Assembly (NCBI GenBank): GCA_044866005.1
Contig: JBIOTN010000060.1
Coordinates: 1 to 56,401 of the forward strand
Direction of reading: 5' to 3'
Length of the DNA: 56,401 nucleotides
Source: Candidatus Rokuibacteriota bacterium
Lineage (GTDB): Bacteria; Methylomirabilota; Methylomirabilia; Rokubacteriales; DASRDR01
This document shows, in pieces, positions 34,161-43,197 of the stretch. A model generated the notes under the pieces. The model saw only the letters and a program-made list of their open reading frames with translations, was not told where the DNA came from and did not search any database. The number at the start of each line of letters is the position of its first letter. Position 1 is the stretch's first letter. The position numbers were made by a program, and so were the translations under genes.

Positions 34161-35393
34161 TCAGCGCTCATCGTCCGACTCGCTCCCCGCGGCGTCGGGA
34201 CCGACCGTCGCCGCCCTCGGGATGCCCGGCTCGGGCACCGTGAACGTCTCCACCGCGGCCTGGGCGACGCCGGCCTCCACGAGCCCGGCGATGTCCAGGG
34301 GCGCCTCGGCCCGGGCGACCGCCTCGACACTCGCCCGGGTCTCCGGGTGCTTTGGCACGAAGAGGGTACAGCAGTCCTGGTCCGGCTCGATGGAGATTTC
34401 GTAGGTGCCGATGGCCCGGGCTTCGCGGATGATTTCCTCTTTGTCCGTGCCGATTAAGGGCCGGAGGATCGACAGCGTCACGGCCTCTGTCACGCGTCCG
34501 ACGTTCTCCAGTGTCTGGGAGGCTACCTGCCCGAGGCTCTCTCCGGTGACGAGCGCCAGGGCCCCGATACGCCGCGCCACCACTTCGGCGATCCGCGCCA
34601 TGAGCCGCCGGTAGACGACCACGCGCAGCGGCGGCGGCACCGCCAGCACGACCTCACGCTGGATCTCGCCGAACGGGACCAGCCACAGACGGGCGGCGAA
34701 CTGGTGCCGGACCAGGCGGGCGACGAGCGCGCGGGCCTTGGCCTGGGAGGTGTCGGCCAGATAGGGGACCGAATGGAAGTGGACGAACTCGACCTCGCAG
34801 CCCCGCTTCTGGAGGCGCCAGGCCGCCACGGGTGAGTCGATGCCGCCCGAGAGCAGGCCGACGACGCGCCCGGAGACCCCGACCGGCAGGCCGCCGGGAC
34901 CGGGGAGCCGGTCCACGTAGCAGAGCGCCTCGCGCGGCAACAGCTCCACGTAGACCGTGAGCGCCGGCTGGCTGAGGTTGACGCGCGTCGGGAAGTGCTT
35001 CAGCACGAGCGTCCCGAGCTCGCGGTTGACCTCTTCCGAGGTCATGGGGAAGACCTTGAAGGTCCGTCGCGCCGTGATGCGGAACGACTCGAACGTGCGT
35101 CCGGCGAGGAGCGCGAGCACGGCCTCCGCGACCGCGTCGAGGCTCGGGGGCACCGCGAGACCGGGGGCGAAGTTCGCGACGCCGAAGACGCTGGCGACGC
35201 GCTCCTGCAGGGTCGGGAGGTCGGCGCCCGCGGCGAGCTCGAGGACGAGCCGCCCCGGCAGGCGGCGCACGCTCCGCACGCCCGCCCCGCCGGCGGCCCG
35301 GCGGAGGTTCTCGGCCAGCCGTCGCAGGAAGAGCGGGCGATTGCCGCCCTTGAGGCTGATCTCGTGGTAGTGGACGACGACGACGGGCGTCAC
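34161..35393 (-). CDS. thiI: tRNA 4-thiouridine synthase ThiI (no rhodanese domain)
   Basis: HYHEISLKGGNR, THUMP domain, LLSGGIDSPVA, TGESLGQVASQT and DCC motifs. GTG start at 35393. Confidence 0.93.
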   Translation of the reverse strand: MTPVVVVHYHEISLKGGNRPLFLRRLAENLRRAAGGAGVRSVRRLPGRLVLELAAGADLPTLQERVASVFGVANFAPGLAVPPSLDAVAEAVLALLAGRTFESFRITARRTFKVFPMTSEEVNRELGTLVLKHFPTRVNLSQPALTVYVELLPREALCYVDRLPGPGGLPVGVSGRVVGLLSGGIDSPVAAWRLQKRGCEVEFVHFHSVPYLADTSQAKARALVARLVRHQFAARLWLVPFGEIQREVVLAVPPPLRVVVYRRLMARIAEVVARRIGALALVTGESLGQVASQTLENVGRVTEAVTLSILRPLIGTDKEEIIREARAIGTYEISIEPDQDCCTLFVPKHPETRASVEAVARAEAPLDIAGLVEAGVAQAAVETFTVPEPGIPRAATVGPDAAGSESDDER

Positions 35394-35533
35394 CGGGCGC
35401 GACCGTCCTCGTCCGGGGGCCTGGGGTGCTTGGGCCGCCGCCGGTAGACCGTGGGCGGGATTTCGACCTTCGGCGGCTTCCGGGGCATCGGCCGGCGGGG
35501 CGTCGCGCCACGACGCGGGCGCTTGCGGGCCAT
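35390..35533 (-). CDS. Unannotated 47-aa basic protein with YxRxxKH motif
   Basis: MARKRPRRGATPRRPMPRKPPKVEIPPTVYRRRPKHPRPPDEDGRAR*. Fills the gap exactly: ATG 3 nt after the upstream stop, and its TGA overlaps the thiI GTG. Confidence 0.65.
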   Translation of the reverse strand: MARKRPRRGATPRRPMPRKPPKVEIPPTVYRRRPKHPRPPDEDGRAR

Positions 35534-35536
35534 CGC

Positions 35537-37153
35537 TCACGCTCGCCGGGCCCCGCGCCTGGGATAGACGAGCGCCTCGCCGAGCTCGCCCTCCGCGACC
35601 ATGGTGGCGAGGCGGGCGTGCTGGATCTTGCCGCTGGTCGTCTTCGGAATCGCCCCGGGCCGGACGAGCAGGACGCGCGCGGGCCGGAGCCGGCGGATGC
35701 CGTGGACGGCCCGGACGATCCGCCGCACGAGGTCGGAGGCGTGCGCGGCCGGCGCGTCGGGATCGCGGACCTCGGCGACCACGACGAGGCGCTGGCTGCC
35801 GACGCGGTCGGAGTCCACGCCGACGGCGGCGGCGTACCGGACCCCTGGCACGGCGTCGACGACGGTCTCGACGTCCAGCGGCATGACGTTCTCGCCCCGG
35901 ACGATGATGACGTCCTTCACCCGCCCGACCACGAACAGGTAGCCGTCCGGCTCGCGGTAGCCCAGGTCACCCGTGTGCAGCCACCCCGAGCGGAAGGCTC
36001 GCGCGGTCGCGGCCGGATCGCGGTAGTAGCCGCGCATCGCGGCCGGCGTGCGGACCACGATCTCCCCGACCGTGTCCGGGCCGAGGAAGCGGCCGCTGCC
36101 GCCCTCGGATCCCTCCTCCCAGATCCCGATCTCGACTCCCGGAATCGGCCGGCCGACGCCGACCCAGCGCCCCGTGGGATCGACCCGGACCGGCGCGCCC
36201 AGGTCGCCCACCGCGACGGCCAGGGTCGCCTCGGCAAGCCCGTAGGCCGGCACCAGCACGTTCTTGAGGCCGAAGCGCTCCTCGAACTGGCGGACCGTCT
36301 CGGGGCGGACCGGCTCGGCGCCGGTGAAGGCGACCCGCAACGAGGTCAGATCCAGGCCGGTGACGTCGTCGATCTTCCGCAGGCAGTTCCGGTAGCCGAA
36401 GTCGGGCGACGCCGTCATGGTCGCCCGCGTGCGCGTGACCAGGGCGAGCCACTGCCGCGGGTCGCGGAGGTCGGGCGGCAAGAGGTAGAGCCGACAGCCG
36501 GCGTAGAGGGTGCCGAGCCCGAGGCCGATCAGACCCATGTCGTGGTAGAGCGGGAGCCAGCTCACCACGGGCTCGCCGGGCTGAGCCTGGACGGCCGTCA
36601 GGAAGGCGCGGACGTTGGCGAGGAGGCTTCGGTGCGGAAGGTCCACCCCCTTGGGGTGCCCGGTGGAGCCGGACGTGTACTGGAGGAACGCGGTCTCCTC
36701 GCCCGTGAGCGTGGGCCACGAGGGCTCGGGGGCGGGCCGCTCGAGCTCGTCCGGCGGGAGGATGTGCGCCAGGCTCGGCGCCACCGCCTGCGCGGCGCGC
36801 ACCGTCGATTCGAACCAGGAGATCGTGACTGCCGCGCGGGCGCCGGCGTGCCCGATGATCGCCCCCAGCTCGGCGGCCCCGAGCGTGGGATAGAGGGGCA
36901 CCGGGACCGCGCCGAGGGCCATGATGCCGAAGAAGGTGGCGAAGAACTCCTTGCACGTGGGAAGCAGGATCGCCACCCTGTCGCCGCGGCCGATCCCGAC
37001 GGCGGCGAGGCCGGCCGCATACCGTCGGCTCTCCTCCCAGAGCGCCCCGTAGGTCATCGGCTCGTCGTAGAGCTCGAAGTACACGCCCCGCGGCTCGCGG
37101 CGGGCGCGGAGCGCGAGGACCTCGAGGATGGAGCGGGCGGTGTCGAGCGTCAT
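35537..37153 (-). CDS. Fatty acyl-AMP ligase-like adenylate-forming enzyme
   Basis: FLQYTSGSTGHPKGV, SWLPLYHDMGLIG, YGLAEATL, LHTGDLG and PKTTSGKI motifs. Start MTLDTAR overlaps the upstream stop (TGATG). Confidence 0.9.
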   Translation of the reverse strand: MTLDTARSILEVLALRARREPRGVYFELYDEPMTYGALWEESRRYAAGLAAVGIGRGDRVAILLPTCKEFFATFFGIMALGAVPVPLYPTLGAAELGAIIGHAGARAAVTISWFESTVRAAQAVAPSLAHILPPDELERPAPEPSWPTLTGEETAFLQYTSGSTGHPKGVDLPHRSLLANVRAFLTAVQAQPGEPVVSWLPLYHDMGLIGLGLGTLYAGCRLYLLPPDLRDPRQWLALVTRTRATMTASPDFGYRNCLRKIDDVTGLDLTSLRVAFTGAEPVRPETVRQFEERFGLKNVLVPAYGLAEATLAVAVGDLGAPVRVDPTGRWVGVGRPIPGVEIGIWEEGSEGGSGRFLGPDTVGEIVVRTPAAMRGYYRDPAATARAFRSGWLHTGDLGYREPDGYLFVVGRVKDVIIVRGENVMPLDVETVVDAVPGVRYAAAVGVDSDRVGSQRLVVVAEVRDPDAPAAHASDLVRRIVRAVHGIRRLRPARVLLVRPGAIPKTTSGKIQHARLATMVAEGELGEALVYPRRGARRA

Positions 37154-37977
37154 CAGTAGACCCCGCCCGGAAACGTCGACACGTCGGCGGGACGACCGGC
37201 CAGCCGGTACATCTTCACCCCGCCCCACTCCACGCCGTCCAGCGCCCCCAGGACCCCGTCGTGGATCGCCCAGCTCCGGCCCCGCCCGGTCGCCGCGAGG
37301 GCCGTCTGGCGGAACGCCGAGGAGCCGTCCAGCGCGGCGTGGAGCCGGCCCCCCGGCTGAAACTCCGCGTGGACCGTCTCCATGAGCTCGCGCCCGAAGA
37401 GGTAATCGCAGCCGTGGCGCTCGTAGAGGAGGGCGGAGTGGTAGAAGAGCGGCTCCACGAGGAACAGTTCCTTGCCCAGCAGGCGGCAGAACTCCTCCAT
37501 GGCCGCCATGACCTGGCCGAGGAGACGAAGGCCCCGGCGCACCTGCCCGGGCCCGAGGCCGTGGGCCAGGGCCCGGGCTTCCTCTCCGCGGTTGCGCGTC
37601 ACGGTGCCGAACAGGGTGTCGCGACCCTCGGCGTCGCGGTCGATCCCGAAGCGCTCGGCGGCCGGGTCGGTGATCTGCACGAAGGTCAGCTCGGGGACCG
37701 CGAAGGGGCTCATCTCCACGTCCACGAGGAGGAGCGGATCGCGGTCGTCGGGCGACGCGCGCACCTCGACGCGCGCCCACGCCTGCTCCGGGGGGGCGAC
37801 GACGCGGACCAGGCGCTCCCCGGCGGCGTTGGTTCCCGTGCGAGGGTCGGCCCCGACCCGGGCCCACACCTCGCGCGGGACCAGGCGTGTGTAGAGCGCC
37901 TCGCGGACCGCGGCCGGCAGGCCATTCAGCTCTCCGATGGACCCGATCTCGAGGCCCGCGACCCGCGCGTCGGTCAT
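37153..37977 (-). CDS. Hypothetical protein, possible GNAT-like fold
   Basis: Globular-looking sequence; GQVRRGLRLL...LG...FLVEPL...ALLYERHG resembles GNAT motifs A/B. Start uncertain. Confidence 0.65.
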   Translation of the reverse strand: MTDARVAGLEIGSIGELNGLPAAVREALYTRLVPREVWARVGADPRTGTNAAGERLVRVVAPPEQAWARVEVRASPDDRDPLLLVDVEMSPFAVPELTFVQITDPAAERFGIDRDAEGRDTLFGTVTRNRGEEARALAHGLGPGQVRRGLRLLGQVMAAMEEFCRLLGKELFLVEPLFYHSALLYERHGCDYLFGRELMETVHAEFQPGGRLHAALDGSSAFRQTALAATGRGRSWAIHDGVLGALDGVEWGGVKMYRLAGRPADVSTFPGGVY

Positions 37978-37999
37978 CCGCGGGTGCCGCCGAGCGACA

Positions 38000-38623
38000 T
38001 CAGGCGCAACGCCCTCCGGGGCCGATGGCGCGCTCGGTCCAGAGCGCGCGGGCCCGCGCCAGGTCATCGGGCGTGTTGAGGTTCATGAAGGCCCGGGCGG
38101 GGTCCTCGAACCGGGCGACCGTCGCGGCGTCGACCCGCAGGACGCGGACGTCGTCGAAGAAGCCGGTGACCTTGAGCTGACCGGCCGCGAGGCGCCGGGC
38201 CATCGCGGGCAGGCACGCTCTGCCGTAGACGGCGTGGAGGGTCTGGAGCTCGCCCGCCGCCTCCGGGACGACCACGTCGGCCTCGGCGGCCCGCCCCGCC
38301 AGGTAGCCGATGAACGGACCCGACAGAAACGGCATGTCGCACGCGACGCAGAGGGCCGCGTCGCCCCGCACCGCCTGGAGCCCCGTGTAGATGCCGCCGA
38401 GGGATCCACCGTCCGGGAACAGATCACCGACCATGGGGAGGCCGAGGAACGCGTACAGCTCGGGCGAGTTCGTGACGATCAGACAGTCTGGCAGTACAGC
38501 CGTCAGCGTCTCCACGATGTGCTGGATGAGCGGCCGTTCGTCGAAGGGCAGCAGGGCTTTCGGTGACCCGCCCATCCGGCGGCTCCGGCCACCGGCCAGG
38601 ACGACGCCGCTCACGTGAGGCAT
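38000..38623 (-). CDS. mobA: Molybdenum cofactor guanylyltransferase
   Basis: VVLAGGRSRRMG..KALL, GSLGGIYTGL, VACDMPF and FMNLNTP motifs; GGAG SD. Confidence 0.9.
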   Translation of the reverse strand: MPHVSGVVLAGGRSRRMGGSPKALLPFDERPLIQHIVETLTAVLPDCLIVTNSPELYAFLGLPMVGDLFPDGGSLGGIYTGLQAVRGDAALCVACDMPFLSGPFIGYLAGRAAEADVVVPEAAGELQTLHAVYGRACLPAMARRLAAGQLKVTGFFDDVRVLRVDAATVARFEDPARAFMNLNTPDDLARARALWTERAIGPGGRCA

Positions 38624-38643
38624 CGAAACTCCGGACCCTTCGT

Positions 38644-38652
38644 ATGATAACA
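38644..38652 (-). promoter_or_regulatory. Candidate extended -10 promoter of mobA
   Basis: Minus strand TG-T-TATCAT, an AT-rich island 20 nt upstream of the ATG. Confidence 0.5.
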
Positions 38653-38690
38653 CGCGCCGCGCGGCCGGCCCCTGCATCCGCCGCGGCTTC

Positions 38691-39335
38691 TCACGCGAGC
38701 TCCTCCGCCGCGAGCGGGACCGCACCCGGGCGCAGGAGCCGGGGCGAGTCGCCGGTCAGGTCCAGGACCGTCGAGGCGGGGCCGCCCGGCGTCCCCCCGC
38801 CGTCGAGCACGAGGTCCACCCGCTCGCCGAGCGCGGCGAGCACCTCGGCGGCGGTCCGCGGGCTCGGGGCGGTGTAGAGGTTCGCGCTCGGCGCGGTGAT
38901 CGGCAGCGCCGCCGCGCTCACGAGCGCGCGGGCCACGGGGTGCCCGGGGATCCGCACCCCGATCGTGCCGGTGCCGGCGGTCAGCGCCGGCGGCAGGCCT
39001 GGCCGGGCCGGCAGGACCAGCGTGAGGGGCCCCGGCCAGTGCCGCGCGATCAGCCCCCGGGCGCGCGCCGGTAGCTCGCGCACGACCTCGAGGGCCATCG
39101 CCAGGGAGTCCACGAGGACGAGGAGGGGCTTGTCGGCCGGGCGTCCCTTGGCCTGGAAGACCCGGGCGACGGCGGCCGGATCGAGCGCGTTGGCGCCGAG
39201 CCCGTAGAACGTCTCCGTCGGGAAGGCGACGAGCCCCCCCGCGCGGAGGACCCGGGCCGCGGCCTCGAGCGTCGGCGCGGCGGGCCGCTCCGGGTCCACG
39301 CCCAGCGTCCGGGCGCCGGCCGCCGCGGCGCCCAT
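38691..39335 (-). CDS. tsaC: L-threonylcarbamoyladenylate synthase (TsaC/Sua5/YrdC)
   Basis: VAFPTETFYGLG, KGRP..KPL, WPGPLT, APSAN and STVLD motifs. Confidence 0.93.
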   Translation of the reverse strand: MGAAAAGARTLGVDPERPAAPTLEAAARVLRAGGLVAFPTETFYGLGANALDPAAVARVFQAKGRPADKPLLVLVDSLAMALEVVRELPARARGLIARHWPGPLTLVLPARPGLPPALTAGTGTIGVRIPGHPVARALVSAAALPITAPSANLYTAPSPRTAAEVLAALGERVDLVLDGGGTPGGPASTVLDLTGDSPRLLRPGAVPLAAEELA

Positions 39336-39363
39336 CAGCGCGCCGCCGCCGCCTGGCCGATGC

Positions 39364-39897
39364 TCACGCGCCCCCGCCCTTCGGCCGTGCCGCGTCCTCC
39401 ACCTTGCGCGCCCGCGCCTCCACCTCCCGCGCCAGCCCGGCGCGGTGCTCGGCGACGCGCCGCGCCAGGTCCGGGTCGCTCGAGCCGAGGATCTGGGCCG
39501 CGAAGATGCCCGCGTTCGCAGCGCCGGGCTTGCCGATGGCCATGGTCGCGACCGGCACGCCCTTCGGCATCTGCGCCATCGAGAGCAGCGAGTCGAGGCC
39601 GTTGAGCACGGAAGGGATGGGGACGCCGATCACCGGGAGCGTCGTCTCCGAGGCGACGAAGCCGGGGAGCGCCGCCGCCCCGCCCGCGCCCGCGATGAAC
39701 ACGCCGACCCCGCGCCCCATCGCCTCGTGGACCCAGCGGCGCGTGCGCTCGGGGGTCCGGTGCGCCGACGCGACCGTCAGCTCGTAGGACACGCCCAGCG
39801 CGTCCAGCACCCGCGTGGCCTCTTCCAGCACCTCGAGGTCCGAGTCGCTGCCCATGACGATCCCGACGCGCGCCGTCCCGGCGCCCCGCGCCGTCAC
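39364..39897 (-). CDS. purE: N5-CAIR mutase / AIR carboxylase PurE
   Basis: IVMGSDSD, VASAHRTP, PVIGVP and QMPKGVPVAT motifs. GTG overlaps the purD stop. Confidence 0.93.
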   Translation of the reverse strand: MTARGAGTARVGIVMGSDSDLEVLEEATRVLDALGVSYELTVASAHRTPERTRRWVHEAMGRGVGVFIAGAGGAAALPGFVASETTLPVIGVPIPSVLNGLDSLLSMAQMPKGVPVATMAIGKPGAANAGIFAAQILGSSDPDLARRVAEHRAGLAREVEARARKVEDAARPKGGGA

Positions 39898-41180
39898 CGT
39901 CCGCTCCGCGCGCGGGCGAGCGCCCGGCGCCCGATGTCGCGGCGGACCTGCGCCCCGTCGAAGTGGATCGCCGCCACCGCGGCGTACGCCGCCGCGATCG
40001 CGGCCGCGAGGTCGGGGCCGAGCGCGGTGACGCCGAGGACGCGACCGCCGGCGGTGACGAGCCCGCCGTCGCGGTGCGCGGTTCCCGCGTGGAAGACGGT
40101 GACGCCGGCCACCGCGGCGGCCGCGTCGAGCCCCGTGATCGCCTTGCCCGTCGCGGACTCTCCGGGATAGCCGCGCGACGCGAGCACGACGCAGACGGCG
40201 GCCTCGGGTCGCCAGGGGACGGTCGCCGGAAGCCCCTGCCCGTCGGCCACGGCCCGGCAGAGCGGCAGCAGGTCGCCGGCCAGGCGCGGGACGAGCGCCT
40301 GACACTCGGGGTCGCCGAAGCGCACGTTGTACTCGAGGACCTTCGGCCCGTCGGCCGTCAGCATGAGCCCGGCGTAGAGCACGCCGCGGTACGGGCGCCC
40401 TTCCGCCGCCATCGCGCCGACCGTGGGGCGGATGATCGTCTCGAGGATCCGGGCCTCGAGCGCGGCATCGAGGAGCGGCGGCGGAGAATACGCGCCCATT
40501 CCACCGGTGTTCGGGCCGCGGTCGTCGTCCAGCAGACGCTTGTGGTCCTGCGCCGCCCCCAGCGGACAGATCTGCTGGCCGTCCGTCAGCGCGAAGTAGG
40601 AGAGCTCCTCGCCCTCCAGGAGCTCTTCCACGACCACCCGGTCGCCGGCCGGGCCGAAGATGCGCCGCTCGAGCATGTCCCCGATCGCCCGCTGGGCCGC
40701 CGCGAAGTCGGCGCAGACGACCGCGCCCTTGCCGGCGGCCAGGCCGTCCGCCTTGACGACGGCACGGCCGCCGAGCGCGTGGACGAACTCGCGAGCCTTG
40801 CGCGGGTCGTCGAAGGCGCCGAAGCGCGCGGTCGGGATCCCGTAGCGGGCGAAGAGGCTCTTGGCGAACACCTTCGACCCCTCGAGCTCCGCCGCCGCCC
40901 GGGTGGGCCCGAAGACGCGGAGCCCGCGCTCGGTGAAGTGGTCCACGAGCCCCAGCGTCAGCGGCAGCTCGGGGCCGACGACGGTGAGGTCGATCCGCTC
41001 CCCGACCGCGAAGGCCGCGAGCTCCGCGATGGCGTCCACGGCGAGCGGCACGCAGCGGGCGACCTCCGCGATACCGGGATTCCCGGGCGCGACGTAGAGC
41101 GCGCCGAGGTGCGGGCTCTGCGCGAGCTTCCAGGCGAGCGCGTGCTCGCGGCCGCCGCCGCCGACCACCAGGACTTTCAT
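39894..41180 (-). CDS. purD: Phosphoribosylamine-glycine ligase
   Basis: MKVLVVGGGGREHAL, VVGPE, KADGLAAGKG, QDHKR..GPNTGGMGAY and EYNVRFGDPE motifs. Confidence 0.97.
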   Translation of the reverse strand: MKVLVVGGGGREHALAWKLAQSPHLGALYVAPGNPGIAEVARCVPLAVDAIAELAAFAVGERIDLTVVGPELPLTLGLVDHFTERGLRVFGPTRAAAELEGSKVFAKSLFARYGIPTARFGAFDDPRKAREFVHALGGRAVVKADGLAAGKGAVVCADFAAAQRAIGDMLERRIFGPAGDRVVVEELLEGEELSYFALTDGQQICPLGAAQDHKRLLDDDRGPNTGGMGAYSPPPLLDAALEARILETIIRPTVGAMAAEGRPYRGVLYAGLMLTADGPKVLEYNVRFGDPECQALVPRLAGDLLPLCRAVADGQGLPATVPWRPEAAVCVVLASRGYPGESATGKAITGLDAAAAVAGVTVFHAGTAHRDGGLVTAGGRVLGVTALGPDLAAAIAAAYAAVAAIHFDGAQVRRDIGRRALARARSGR

Positions 41181-41184
41181 CAAG

Positions 41185-41265
41185 CTTCGGAGGGGGCCTC
41201 GACGGCCCCCTCCGATTCCTCCCCTCCTCTCGGGTGGGTGGGTGGGATCGCCGGCGGAGCCGGCG
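41185..41265 (-). repeat. Third copy (inverted) of the two-hairpin REP-like element
   Basis: Minus strand CGCCGGC-TCC-GCCGGCG...CACCCGAGAGGAGGGGAGGAA TCGGAGGGGGCC-GTCGA-GGCCCCCTCCGA AG; perfect 12-bp stem at 41187-41215. Confidence 0.75.
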
Positions 41266-41343
41266 CTCGGAGCGCCAGGGCGCGCCGCGCGAGGCCTCGG
41301 TGCGGTTGGCTCGATCGCTCTGACGCGCGACCCGGTGGCGAAA

Positions 41344-42216
41344 TCACTCAGGTGGCCCGAAGGCCCGAGCCCGGGCGATCTCGGACCAGCGGCTGTCCGG
41401 GTCCAGCTCGACGTAGCGCGCCCAGTGCTGCCGGGCCACGGCCGCGTCGCCGCGCCGCTCGAGCGCGGAGGCGAGATTGAAGTGGGCGTCCGCGTAGTCC
41501 GGCCGCACCTCGAGCGCCCGCCGGTACCAGACGATCGCCGGGGCGAGCTCGGCCCGGTCGTCGTGGAGGGAGCCGAGATTGTACGCCGCCTCGGCACAGG
41601 TCGGGTCGGCCGCGAGCGCGACCTCGTAGTGCCGGCGCGCGTCGTCGTAGCGTCCCATCCGGTGGTGCAGGAGGCCGAGGTTGTTCCAGGCCGCGGCGTG
41701 TCCCGGCTCGATCGTCGTGACCCGCTGGTAGGCGTCCACGGCCCGCTCCCACTGCGCCGGGTCCCCGTCCCAGTGCGAGGCCAGCTCGAACCACCGCTCG
41801 GCCTCGCCCTCGGGCAGCGCGATCGGGCGGACCAGGCCGCGCAGCGCGGAGTCCCGCGCCGCCTCGGCCAGCTCCTTTCCCGAAAACTCCATCACGACCT
41901 GCCCGGACGGCTCGAGGAGAAGCGAGTCCTTCTCGATGAACACCTCGCCACCGCGCACCGCCACGCGAAGCTCCGCCAGGGGCGCCTCGGACTCGGGGAC
42001 CAGGCGGCGGAGGGCGACGAGGGCCTTGCGGACGTGCCGGACGGTGAGGCCTTGCTCGAGCAGCGTCTTGGCGACCCGCAGGCTCACGATCTCACGGAAG
42101 CTGTACGACCCGGGGCGGTCGAGGGGACGAAGCAAGCCGACCCGGCGGAGCTGACCGGCCCGGCGGGGCGTCAGGGCCAGGAGCCGGCTGACGTCCCGGT
42201 CGGTGAAGACCCACAC
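41344..42216 (-). CDS. MerR-like HTH plus tetratricopeptide repeat protein
   Basis: N-terminal FTDRDVSRLLAL...YSFREIVSLRVAKTLLEQG; TPRs AWNNLGLL, AAYNLGSL and AHFNLAS. Confidence 0.8.
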   Translation of the reverse strand: MWVFTDRDVSRLLALTPRRAGQLRRVGLLRPLDRPGSYSFREIVSLRVAKTLLEQGLTVRHVRKALVALRRLVPESEAPLAELRVAVRGGEVFIEKDSLLLEPSGQVVMEFSGKELAEAARDSALRGLVRPIALPEGEAERWFELASHWDGDPAQWERAVDAYQRVTTIEPGHAAAWNNLGLLHHRMGRYDDARRHYEVALAADPTCAEAAYNLGSLHDDRAELAPAIVWYRRALEVRPDYADAHFNLASALERRGDAAVARQHWARYVELDPDSRWSEIARARAFGPPE

Positions 42217-42228
42217 AGCCGGCCGCGC

Positions 42229-43092
42229 CTACTTGCGGGCCGCTTTCCGGGCGGGCCGCGCGGCGTCCGCCGCGGCAGCGCGCCGGGGCTTCCCCGCCGC
42301 CGTCGCGCGCAACCCGGGCTCGGCCTTGGACAAGGGCTTCTTCACCTGCTCGACCGACTGGCGGAGGGCTTCCATCAGGTTGACGACCCGCGCGGGCTCC
42401 CGCGGCGCGGGCGCCGCCGGAATCTGCTTGCCCTCGCCCTTGGCGCGGATGAGCTCCATGAGCTTCACGCGGTGCTCGTCGTGGTACTTGTCGGGCTCGA
42501 AGTCCTTGGCGAGGGCGTCGATGAACTTGACCGCCAGCTCGACCTCCGGCGCCGCGGGCTCGACGGGCCGCCACTGGGCTTCGAGCCCGCGTACCTCGTC
42601 GGCGTAGTAGAGCGTGTGGAGGAGGAGCTTTCCCGCCGCCGGGCGGATGAGCCCGTGGTACTCCCGGGCGCCCATGACGAATCGGACGACGGCGGCCTTC
42701 CCGGCCTCGTCCAGCGCCCGCAGGAGCACGTGGTACGCCCGCTCGCTCGCCTCTTGCGGAGCCACGTAATACGACCGCTCGAGGTAGATCGGGTCCACCG
42801 TGGCGGCGTCCACGAACTCGAGCACGTCGAGGGCCCGCGAGCCCTCCTGCTCGACCGCCTCGAAGTCGGCGTCGTCCATCACCACGTAGCCGTTCAGCTT
42901 GTATCCTTTGACGATCTCGGCGCGCTCGACGTCGCGCTCGCACGTCGGGCAGTGGAGCTTCTGGCGGAGCCGCGAGCCGCAGGCCGCGTGGAGCTGGTTG
43001 AAGGACACCGTCTCCGGCCGCGCCGCGACGTAGAGCTTGACGGGGATCGAGACCAAGCCGAACGTGACGACCCCCGTCCAGACAGACGCCAT
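42229..43092 (-). CDS. ku: Non-homologous end-joining protein Ku
   Basis: VWTGVVTFGLVSIPVKLY, IVKGY, VDPIYLERSYY and VVNLMEALRQS motifs; basic tail; GGAGGAG SD. Confidence 0.95.
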   Translation of the reverse strand: MASVWTGVVTFGLVSIPVKLYVAARPETVSFNQLHAACGSRLRQKLHCPTCERDVERAEIVKGYKLNGYVVMDDADFEAVEQEGSRALDVLEFVDAATVDPIYLERSYYVAPQEASERAYHVLLRALDEAGKAAVVRFVMGAREYHGLIRPAAGKLLLHTLYYADEVRGLEAQWRPVEPAAPEVELAVKFIDALAKDFEPDKYHDEHRVKLMELIRAKGEGKQIPAAPAPREPARVVNLMEALRQSVEQVKKPLSKAEPGLRATAAGKPRRAAAADAARPARKAARK

Positions 43093-43197
43093 AGCCGACT
43101 CCTCCTCTCGGAGACTCGCGTCACCGGGCAGTCCCCCCGCCGCGCCAGGTCCGCGTCGCGGACGGAAGGGAGCACGGCGCACCCGGCAGGCCTTGCC

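Noticed and set aside
35393..35540. N-terminal extension of ThiI given in the ORF track
   Set aside because: ThiI similarity begins at VVVHYHEI, and another frame gives a better-fitting small gene with overlapping stop and start.
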